From Candidatus Zixiibacteriota bacterium (GTDB taxonomy: Bacteria; Zixibacteria; MSB-5A5; GN15; JAAZOE01): a DNA stretch of 64,000 nt. Under the pieces are notes generated by a model that saw only the letters and a program-made list of their open reading frames with translations, did not search any database and was not told the origin of the DNA. Within the stretch, counting starts at the first letter, position 1; every line of letters starts with the position of its first letter. Below are positions 30,120 through 38,550 of this stretch, piece after piece. Both the position numbers and the translations under genes were made by a program. Location: positions 122,973 through 186,972 of the forward strand of contig JBDREQ010000003.1 in assembly GCA_043819555.1 (NCBI GenBank). The letters are read 5' to 3'.

Positions 30120-31278
30120 CTGATTTCCTCGCTTTTTGGAAGAAGCCGCCTGCGACGGAGATTGCTTTTTCATAAACTTCGCTTTGAGGAGTTAATGAAA
30201 AGCGGATATATCCTTCACCGTTTTCTCCAAAGGATATGCCAGGCAAAGCCAAAATACCACATTTTAAGTAAAGGAGGCGGCAGAAGCGTCTTGACTGCTT
30301 GCGGCCGGGCAATTTGGCCCAATAAAAAGGTCCCTGCCGAATCTGACCCGGCATTATGCGAAGTTTGTCACATAGTTGATCCGCCAAATACCTATTATGC
30401 GCATACATTTCCTTCAACTTGTTTAATCTCTCTGAATAATCGCTAAAGGCTCCAGTGGCACGATTAATTTGCCCTGATGATGGATATATTCCGAATCGCG
30501 ACGCAATATGTTTAAGCGCGGAAATCAAAGCAGGCTGACCGATGGCAAAGCCTAACGATGGAAAGGAATTTGCGAAATTGTACGAATATGAATACAATTC
30601 CAGGCCGACTTTGCGTCCGCCGGGAACTGAAAAAACAGACGATGATTGTTCGTTCTCAGCAAGACCCTCGAAGGCATGATCCAATATAAGAATTAGATTA
30701 TTTTTACCGGCCATGCGAACAAGTTTTGTCAAATCTTCCTTCGTTATTGATTGTCCGGAGGGATTATGCGGCGAATTTAATACCATGCCTCGGGCGACTC
30801 GAATCAAGCTTTCTGAAAACCCGGAGAGAGCGGGCTTAAAACCATTTCTTTCAAGGATATGATAAGGAACCGCTTCAGCGGAAGATATCGCGGCAGCGGC
30901 ACGGTAATGCCAAATACCGGGGTCGGGAATGAGAAGCAAATCGCCAGGGTTTAGATATGCCAATGAAAATAAAACAAGGATTTGACGAATGCTGCCTCCG
31001 ATATATATTTCTTTGGCGGGATTGATTTTTGTCCCAAATCTATTCTGGTACCAGTCGGCTGTTTTCCGGTATAAGCTGTCAAGGTCAGTTTCAGTACTGG
31101 TATTCAAACCCTCTGGCTCGCTTTGAGAATCTGGAGAACTTATCCATTCAAATCGGGCCAGATCCAATATTTCGTGCCTGATGAATTTTCTCTTTGATTT
31201 GTGCGGCAGAAAATCATCCACGACCGAAGGCAGATGATAAATCCGGTCAGCTTTCTCAAGAACGAGCTTTCTAATCAT
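30109..31278 (-). CDS. Class I/II aminotransferase-like protein lacking the PLP lysine
   Basis: LNPGD..LIPDPG, LNSPHNPSG, DHAF, PGISFGENGEGYIRFSL; SYSY where SxSK is expected. Confidence 0.8.
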   Translation of the reverse strand: MIRKLVLEKADRIYHLPSVVDDFLPHKSKRKFIRHEILDLARFEWISSPDSQSEPEGLNTSTETDLDSLYRKTADWYQNRFGTKINPAKEIYIGGSIRQILVLFSLAYLNPGDLLLIPDPGIWHYRAAAAISSAEAVPYHILERNGFKPALSGFSESLIRVARGMVLNSPHNPSGQSITKEDLTKLVRMAGKNNLILILDHAFEGLAENEQSSSVFSVPGGRKVGLELYSYSYNFANSFPSLGFAIGQPALISALKHIASRFGIYPSSGQINRATGAFSDYSERLNKLKEMYAHNRYLADQLCDKLRIMPGQIRQGPFYWAKLPGRKQSRRFCRLLYLKCGILALPGISFGENGEGYIRFSLTPQSEVYEKAISVAGGFFQKARKSDDG

Positions 31279-31967
31279 TAAAGTTTTTCCTGCCTTTTGT
31301 TTTTTTGGAGTATCTTGTTTCGCTGGTCAGTTTTACATGATTGCCTGATAGCCAAGAGTCTGTTCACTTCTGAATCCGTTAAATAGTCAATATCTCCCAA
31401 CTGCCGGGAAAGATATAATATTTTTGAATTATGTTCAACTACTTCGAGCAGATTAAGCGCCGATTCTAAATTTTCGCCGAAACAAACCAACCCATGGTTT
31501 TTCAATATAATTGCGTCGCATTCTTCAATAAACGGAGAAAGAGATAGAGCAAGGTCATCTGTTCCGGGAGTCGCATATGGGGCCACCGGGATCTTGCCCG
31601 CCGAAATAACGGTTTCAGGCAAAATGTAATTGTGATCCGATAATCCGGCGACTGAGAGCGCGGCAGTAAATGGCGGATGGGCATGAATGCAGGCATTAAT
31701 ATCACCTCGATTATTATATGCAAAAAGATGCATTCTATATTCCGAGGAGGGTTTTTGTTTTCCTGAAATTTGATCTCCAACTAAATTAAGAGTGACCATA
31801 TCTTCGAAATCAAGTAATTCTTTTCTTTTTCCGGAGGAAGTAATCATTATATTTTTCGATTCTAACCGCACAGAAATATTTCCTTCGCATGCAACAATTA
31901 GCCCCTTTTCATATAGAATACGTCCGATATTGGCGATTTTTTCGAATGCGAGCGATAATATTGACAT
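31278..31967 (-). CDS. Class II aldolase/adducin-family protein
   Basis: EGNISVR, PSSE..MH, HAHPP, NHG. Confidence 0.9.
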   Translation of the reverse strand: MSILSLAFEKIANIGRILYEKGLIVACEGNISVRLESKNIMITSSGKRKELLDFEDMVTLNLVGDQISGKQKPSSEYRMHLFAYNNRGDINACIHAHPPFTAALSVAGLSDHNYILPETVISAGKIPVAPYATPGTDDLALSLSPFIEECDAIILKNHGLVCFGENLESALNLLEVVEHNSKILYLSRQLGDIDYLTDSEVNRLLAIRQSCKTDQRNKILQKNKRQEKL

Positions 31968-32117
31968 AAAACTCCCAAGCTTTACACATTTAAATAACCC
32001 ATTATACTACTGAAAGTCAAGCGATTATATGAATTTGGGGAGCTGCAATACCCATTGTCCTAAATCAATGGGCAGATTAGGCGGAAAAAACGTCAAGAAA
32101 ATAAGGCAGAAATTGCG

Positions 32118-32197
32118 TCGCATAATCTGCGAATTGATAAAAAATACTTGACAAGCCATTTGTCAAATAGTAAGTTACAGGTGAGCATAATCTGCGA
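32118..32197 (+). promoter_or_regulatory. sigma70-type promoter flanked by 13-bp direct repeats
   Basis: TTGACA (32148)-N17-TAAGTT (32171); GCATAATCTGCGA at 32120 and 32185. Confidence 0.6.
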
Positions 32198-32269
32198 GAA
32201 TCTACATTGAGTTTAGTCATTGTTCTTTATTTTGATAATATAGTTATACCAATTTAGGAGGAAGGTACC

Positions 32270-32581
32270 ATGAAGGTATCAAAGATGACTCGGATACTGT
32301 CTTTTGTATTCTTGTTGTTTGCATTCTTGGTTTTTTATCCCGGAGTCACCAAAGGTGAACACCCTTGGGAAGAAAATAATTTTAATTCTGGAGGCCCAAT
32401 GGTTAAGCCACCGCTCGTTATTGTAGATTCGTTATTAACGGAAGAAATCGACCCAGATGAACCGGATCCGGGTGATGATCCGCCGGTGGTAGAAGGAACA
32501 TCAACTACAGGTAATTGGTGGGATAGTCTTTGGGATTGGATGACAGGCAGTTCGGCTGGCAATAATCCGTCAGCAAGTTGA
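32270..32581 (+). CDS. Small secreted acidic protein
   Basis: AGGAGG RBS, signal peptide, EHPWEE start of the mature region, WWDSLWDW near the C-terminus. Confidence 0.7.
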   Translation: MKVSKMTRILSFVFLLFAFLVFYPGVTKGEHPWEENNFNSGGPMVKPPLVIVDSLLTEEIDPDEPDPGDDPPVVEGTSTTGNWWDSLWDWMTGSSAGNNPSAS

Positions 32582-32647
32582 TAGACATGCGCACATTTTA
32601 ATTTAATGTGTAGAGTCTATTTGAACTAACTTCAAGAGGATGCAAAA

Positions 32648-35581
32648 ATGGACAGTACCTCACAACATACGGCAAGTCTAAGCCCAAGGCTGTTAGAAAT
32701 TGAGAGTCTATTCAAACAGCAAAAAACAAGGCAGGCATTGTCGGCGTTGGAAAAGCTGGCTCAGGTTGAATATTCACCTGAGGGCTTGGATTTGGGGCTA
32801 TATTCTTTATTGCTGGCAGAGCGCGATTTTTGCGACAGCGATTATCAAGCAATGCTTAAAAAATGTCGGGTGGCGTTAGATGAACTAGGTAGAACTAATC
32901 TCAACAATAGAATTGGCAGAATTCAGTATTTGGTTTATTTGGCTCATTCATCGCTTGGTGATCTAAAAGCCGCCGAACAGGCATCGCGCGATTCTCTGGC
33001 TTCGTATCGGCGGGTAAACGATAATGCCGGTATTATTGATGCCTATAATGCCTTGGGCAAGATTTATTTTATCCGATCCGACTATGGTACAGCGGCAGAA
33101 TATGTCAATGAGGCAATCAATTACTCGCCTCCGGATTCAAAGAAAGCGGTACAGCTATTAGGAAATCTTGGGAGAATTTATCTATTAACTGGAGATTTGG
33201 ATAAGGCCCAGGAAAATCTTGAAAAATCACTAAATATGGCCAAAAAGTTGGAACTGGTTTCGTCCATTGTTTCGAAACAACTATCATTGGGCTATCTACA
33301 TATAAGGAGAAGGCATTTTTATCAGGCCGGAATTGAATTAACCGAGGCGGATAACTTAATTCGCGAATTTGGTTTTCAGAGAGAGAGGGTTATTTCGCTT
33401 GAATATCAAGGCGAATTATGCTTCGAGAAACAGGATTTCGTGGCCGCCAAGAATTACTTAGAAGAAGCGATTTCGATGGCCAATGAATTGGCTCCGCAGT
33501 CTTCGTTGATGAGTCAGTGTTTACGTCGTTTGGCTGAAACGGAATTGGAACTGGGGAATGGTGATTTGGCGATGCGTCACGCACAAAAGGCCTTAAATTT
33601 AGCAAAAGAGATTGGTGAAAAGGCTGAAATTGGAATGTCTCATCGGGTAATTTCCGCTGTATTCTTATCGCGCAATGAAACCGCAGATGCCAGGCGGCAC
33701 AGTTCAATGAGTATCGATATTTTGCGCGAGGTTGGTGATAACTTTGAATTAGGCCGTTCGATTATTCAATATGGCGCCATTCCGCTGGCGGGAGTGAGTA
33801 TCAGCGACCGCAAGTCGATTCCGTTATTGCGTGAAGCGGAGAAGATTTTTACGGTTCTCGGCGATGATTATTATGTTTCGCGGTGCCGCTTTGAGCTGGG
33901 AAGTTTATGCCACCATTTGGGAAAAAACGGTGAGGCGCTTGAGTATTTAAACCTATCTTATGAAGGATTTCGCAATGTCGGTGATAAATCAAGGGCGAAA
34001 ACCGTAAGCGATTTTCTGGATTCATTATCTAGGAACGCCGTTAAAAAAGCGCTTTCAAATAAGAATGAATTCAAAATATTTAGTAATCTTATTTCCGGTT
34101 CAGAATTTGAGAATATAAAAAACGATCAATTGGAAAATTTGCTTGAAATATTATGTCGAAAAATCTCTGTTGACCGCGGTTTGATTATTGATTTATTCGA
34201 AAACTGTAATCCTCAGATAAGCGCCGCATACGGATTGGAAGAATCAGATTTTGAATCGGTAATATCAGGATTTTCGGAACTTATGGAAGAGGACCTCATC
34301 ACTGACGAACCAATTTTGATTTTGGACGGATCCAATGGAGCCGAGTTTATGGAATTGGTTCCGTTACGGGAAAATGATATTTCCTGTTTGATTGTTTTGC
34401 CGCTGACATTTGCCTCAAAAGTAATTGGTTATATATATCTTGATCGATTGAGTCAATCGCCGGGAAAAGGTATCAATCCGTTTAGTCAAAATGATATTAA
34501 CTTTGCAGTCGGGTTTGCTGATTTGGTTGCGTTTAAAACGACGGATTTGCAGAAAGAGAAGCTGTTGGCAGATAATTTACGTCTGAAGGCTCAGTTATTG
34601 GAATCCTGTACGTTCCCAAATATTATTACTCAATCGCGATTGTTTATGGAGATATTAGTACGCGTTCAGCAGGTGGCGAATTCCAATATGGCCATTTCCA
34701 TCACGGGAGAAACCGGAACGGGGAAGGATTTATTGGCCAAAGCTATACATTATAATTCGTCCCGACGCGATAAACGATTTATATCAGTCAATTGCGCGGC
34801 ATTGCCGGAATCTCTTTTAGAGTCGGAGTTGTTCGGGTATAAAAAGGGAGCGTTTACCGGTGCAGATCGCGATAAACCCGGCCTGTTCGAAGAGGCTGAC
34901 GGCGGCACATTTTTCTTAGATGAAATTGCCGATATGCCTTTATCACTTCAAGCCAAAGTGTTGCGCCTTTTGGAGAATATGGAAATTACCCGCCTGGGAG
35001 ATACGCATCCGCGAAAGGTTGATGTCCGGGTGATTTCGGCGACGAATAAGGATTTAAAAAAGGAGATGGATCTTAGGCATTTCCGGAGTGATTTATATTA
35101 TCGATTATGTGCTTTGCATTTTTCCATTCCAGCCTTGCGTGATCGCAAGGAAGATATTCCTGTTTTGGCAGAGCATTTTCTTGATGGCGGTAATTGCCAG
35201 ATTATGCCGGATGCGATGAAATACCTAATTGATTATGATTGGCCGGGGAATGTTCGAGAACTTGAGAACGAAATCAAAAAAACGGTACTTTTGGCTAACA
35301 ATGAGGGGCCAATAACTGCCGCTCTGTTATCGCGGAGAATTCTTGGTGAGGATCAGATTAATGTAATGAGTATTCCGAACGAAGAGGCATATTTTACCGA
35401 GGGCATCTTTTCGCTATATGACTATATTGCTGAATTTGAGAAGCGATTTATTGTCAAGGCCTTAAAAGAGCAACGTGGGATTAAAAAGCGGGCGGCTGAT
35501 TCTCTGAAAATACCGGAATCAACGCTGCGTTTAAAGCTGAAACAATATGATATCGACCCAAAGAGGATTGATATAAATTAG
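32648..35581 (+). CDS. TPR-GAF-sigma54 enhancer-binding protein with Fis-type HTH
   Basis: About 450-aa TPR array, GAF-like GYIYLD, GETGTGK, ESELFG, GAFTGA, FLDEI, WPGNVRELEN. Confidence 0.93.
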   Translation: MDSTSQHTASLSPRLLEIESLFKQQKTRQALSALEKLAQVEYSPEGLDLGLYSLLLAERDFCDSDYQAMLKKCRVALDELGRTNLNNRIGRIQYLVYLAHSSLGDLKAAEQASRDSLASYRRVNDNAGIIDAYNALGKIYFIRSDYGTAAEYVNEAINYSPPDSKKAVQLLGNLGRIYLLTGDLDKAQENLEKSLNMAKKLELVSSIVSKQLSLGYLHIRRRHFYQAGIELTEADNLIREFGFQRERVISLEYQGELCFEKQDFVAAKNYLEEAISMANELAPQSSLMSQCLRRLAETELELGNGDLAMRHAQKALNLAKEIGEKAEIGMSHRVISAVFLSRNETADARRHSSMSIDILREVGDNFELGRSIIQYGAIPLAGVSISDRKSIPLLREAEKIFTVLGDDYYVSRCRFELGSLCHHLGKNGEALEYLNLSYEGFRNVGDKSRAKTVSDFLDSLSRNAVKKALSNKNEFKIFSNLISGSEFENIKNDQLENLLEILCRKISVDRGLIIDLFENCNPQISAAYGLEESDFESVISGFSELMEEDLITDEPILILDGSNGAEFMELVPLRENDISCLIVLPLTFASKVIGYIYLDRLSQSPGKGINPFSQNDINFAVGFADLVAFKTTDLQKEKLLADNLRLKAQLLESCTFPNIITQSRLFMEILVRVQQVANSNMAISITGETGTGKDLLAKAIHYNSSRRDKRFISVNCAALPESLLESELFGYKKGAFTGADRDKPGLFEEADGGTFFLDEIADMPLSLQAKVLRLLENMEITRLGDTHPRKVDVRVISATNKDLKKEMDLRHFRSDLYYRLCALHFSIPALRDRKEDIPVLAEHFLDGGNCQIMPDAMKYLIDYDWPGNVRELENEIKKTVLLANNEGPITAALLSRRILGEDQINVMSIPNEEAYFTEGIFSLYDYIAEFEKRFIVKALKEQRGIKKRAADSLKIPESTLRLKLKQYDIDPKRIDIN

Positions 35582-35608
35582 ATTGAGATTTGATAAATAA
35601 TAAATAAA

Positions 35609-35643
35609 AAAGGGGCCCGTCAAAATTCCGGCGGGTTTTTTTT
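35609..35643 (+). terminator. Probable terminator
   Basis: cccgtc...ggcggg followed by a long T tract. Confidence 0.55.
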
Positions 35644-35687
35644 GAATCTATCAGTCTGGAAAAATCTATGAAGGGCCAGGAGTAATC

Positions 35688-38519
35688 GTGAAGAATTTAT
35701 ATTGCGTTTTTTTTATAGTAATTTTTACGTTTTCCTTATCTCTTGGAGACGATTTATATAAAGTTAAATTGAGAAATCAGGCCGATGCGGAATATATGAA
35801 TTCATCAGAAGTCGTATCAATAGCCGTACTTTCCCGGGGCTATTTGATTATTGCTGATAAATTGCAATCCGCCGCTTTGGAATCCCAAGGCATAGAAATA
35901 TCGTTGATTGAAAGTGATGTTGAAATCGACAGACTGGTTTTTGACATGCGGTACGATAAAAAGGGTTATGGCGTAGATGATGTTGTGTTTGAGGAAGAGG
36001 GAATTTGCATCTTGCGTCGAGATGTGAACGAGAAATCGATTACAGGCAATGAATTTGATTTTATGCCGATTTCGCAAGCGGATTTGGTTTTTACATATAT
36101 TGAAAGCGTTGAGATCAATAAAGATAAGTTATTATTTCCTCCCGGACTCGATGATTTAATAGATTCGGTAAGCAGCTCAAGATTATTTGCAGTTACGCGG
36201 AATCTCCAAAATTTGGGAGAACGAGTCGCCGGTTCGGCGGGTAGTGTTGATGCTCAGGCGTTGCTTTTGGAAAGATTGGATTCCTTTGGGTATGATTCGT
36301 TATATCTGGATGAATTTACGGCTTATATACAGGGAGGCAATAAATCCTGCCGCAATGTCATTGCTGTCAAGCCGGGCATTGTAATGCCTGAAGCCAAAAT
36401 AATCATCGGCGCTCACTACGATGCCGTTCCCGGTTCTCCGGGAGCCGATGATAATGGATCGGGGACATCGGCGGTTATAGAACTGGCAAAAATATTTAAG
36501 AATATTGAGACGAATATAACGTTTATTTTTGCCCTTTTTGATGCTGAGGAATGGGGTTTGTATGGGTCTCATCATTACGCGAGTAATGCATACGCTAATG
36601 GCGAGGCAATTGTATTTATGATTAATCTTGATATGATTGGCGCTAAGAATAATGATGAAGACATGGTCAGGATTTATCATGGGGATGATTTGAAATATAT
36701 CAATGTTATTCAGCAACTGGCGGATTCATTATTAAATTTTGAAGCTTCAATGGCGGGTACTTCATCCCGCTCTGATCATTATAGTTTTCAATCCCTGGAT
36801 TATGACGTATCATTTTTCCAGGAATGGGAGTTTTCGGAAGTTTATCATACTTCAAGTGATAATACCAATCAAATGGATTTTGGGTATATGGCGCAATTAG
36901 TGAAGATCGCTTTGGCGACGGCCTATACGGTAGATCGTTTGGCATCGCCGAATCGGTCAGTGTCGGTTACGTATCCTAAGGGGTTGCCATTATCGTTTGT
37001 AGCGGATGAGTTGTCTTCGTTTGATATTCAAGTTGAAGGGATTCATGGCGGCTCGGTTATGTCGGGGACGGTTGAATTTCATTGCTCAATTGATGGCGGG
37101 GATTATGTTACGATTCCTTTGACTGAGGAAAGTCCAGGTTTGTATGAAGTTATATCAGAGGGTTATCCAGCGGGAACGCCAATAAAATATTATGTAAGCG
37201 CCCGGGAAGCAGCGACGGGATTGCCAGGCGGCGAGGCGGTGTCAAAGGCCAACGCAGGATCGTATTTATATTTTGAGTCATTGGTATTTGAGGGTGATTT
37301 TTCATTGGACCATGGTTGGATTGTCGATGGTGATGCGGTTGACGGTCAATGGGAGCGTGGGATACCTGATGGAGATGGCAGTAATGGCGATCCTTTGGGA
37401 GATTTCGATGGCGATGGCTGGTGTTATTTGACGGGTAATTCTTTGGGAGATTCTGATATAGATGGCGGTCAAACTTCACTTATTTCGCCGGTATTTGATT
37501 TGTCGGGGGGATATGGGGAGGTTCGTTATTCGGTGTGGTTTAGCAATGGTATCGATCGTGAGGATTTGTTTCATATATATTTAAGCGGAGATGATGGCAG
37601 CACATGGGTTAAAGTTGAGACACTGGGTCCATTTTCTGATGACGCGGCCGGTGGCTGGCAGAGTCATTCGTTTATTGTCAATAAATATATTGATTTAAGT
37701 TCGACTGTGCGGGTGAAGTTTGAAGCCTCTGATTATGGTAAAGAATCGGTAGTTGAAGCTGGAGTAGATGGATTTAAAGTATTGCTTCATAGCTCTGAGC
37801 CGTTTGAGATTCCGGAGCAGTCATTTGGGGAGTGGACGAAGTATCAGCCCTTTTCGGCAATCTTGAAGGCGACCGGCGGACTGGGAACTCGGACATGGTT
37901 TGATGCCAATGGAAGTTTTGGTTTAGCCGGATTGACATTAAATCCGGATGGAACCGCAGATGGTTTTCCGACGAAGACGGGTTCATTGAGTTTGTTGACC
38001 GAGGCTATTGATGGAATCGGCAATACGTCCCAGCAGACGGTGTCCTTTATGGTTAATGACGCAGTGGCGCTGCATACGTTCAGTCTTCCGGGAGGTATGA
38101 TACGGGAGAGTTATTCGGAGCTATTGGATGCCGACGGAGGAACGGGTGAGTTGACATGGGTGGATAAATATGGAGATTTGGAGGGGACAGGATTGACGTT
38201 ATCATCGACGGGGCTGGTTTCAGGTGTGGTTGAAGATCCCGGGTTGGTAAGTTTTACGGTTTATATTTCTGATATAACAGGCAGCGATCAGGAATGGACA
38301 TATGAGATGAATTTTGAATATCTTGACGGTGATGCCAATGGAGACAATACCGTTAATGTCGGTGATGCGGTGTTTATTATCAATCATGTATTCAAGCAGG
38401 GGCCGGCTCCCTATCCTTACCTTGCGGCGGATACAAATTGCGACGGTACTGTAAATGTCGGTGATGCTGTTTATTTGGTGAATCATATCTTCAAGGGCTG
38501 GCCGGCGCCGGGATGTTGA
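35688..38519 (+). CDS. Secreted M28 peptidase with Ig-like repeats and C-terminal dockerin
   Basis: AHYD, GADDNGSG, AEEWGL, NLDM, SDH, YHT; GDANGD..VNVGDAV twice. Confidence 0.9.
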   Translation: MKNLYCVFFIVIFTFSLSLGDDLYKVKLRNQADAEYMNSSEVVSIAVLSRGYLIIADKLQSAALESQGIEISLIESDVEIDRLVFDMRYDKKGYGVDDVVFEEEGICILRRDVNEKSITGNEFDFMPISQADLVFTYIESVEINKDKLLFPPGLDDLIDSVSSSRLFAVTRNLQNLGERVAGSAGSVDAQALLLERLDSFGYDSLYLDEFTAYIQGGNKSCRNVIAVKPGIVMPEAKIIIGAHYDAVPGSPGADDNGSGTSAVIELAKIFKNIETNITFIFALFDAEEWGLYGSHHYASNAYANGEAIVFMINLDMIGAKNNDEDMVRIYHGDDLKYINVIQQLADSLLNFEASMAGTSSRSDHYSFQSLDYDVSFFQEWEFSEVYHTSSDNTNQMDFGYMAQLVKIALATAYTVDRLASPNRSVSVTYPKGLPLSFVADELSSFDIQVEGIHGGSVMSGTVEFHCSIDGGDYVTIPLTEESPGLYEVISEGYPAGTPIKYYVSAREAATGLPGGEAVSKANAGSYLYFESLVFEGDFSLDHGWIVDGDAVDGQWERGIPDGDGSNGDPLGDFDGDGWCYLTGNSLGDSDIDGGQTSLISPVFDLSGGYGEVRYSVWFSNGIDREDLFHIYLSGDDGSTWVKVETLGPFSDDAAGGWQSHSFIVNKYIDLSSTVRVKFEASDYGKESVVEAGVDGFKVLLHSSEPFEIPEQSFGEWTKYQPFSAILKATGGLGTRTWFDANGSFGLAGLTLNPDGTADGFPTKTGSLSLLTEAIDGIGNTSQQTVSFMVNDAVALHTFSLPGGMIRESYSELLDADGGTGELTWVDKYGDLEGTGLTLSSTGLVSGVVEDPGLVSFTVYISDITGSDQEWTYEMNFEYLDGDANGDNTVNVGDAVFIINHVFKQGPAPYPYLAADTNCDGTVNVGDAVYLVNHIFKGWPAPGC

Positions 38520-38550
38520 GATTTGTATTCAATAGAAAGAAACGGTTGTC

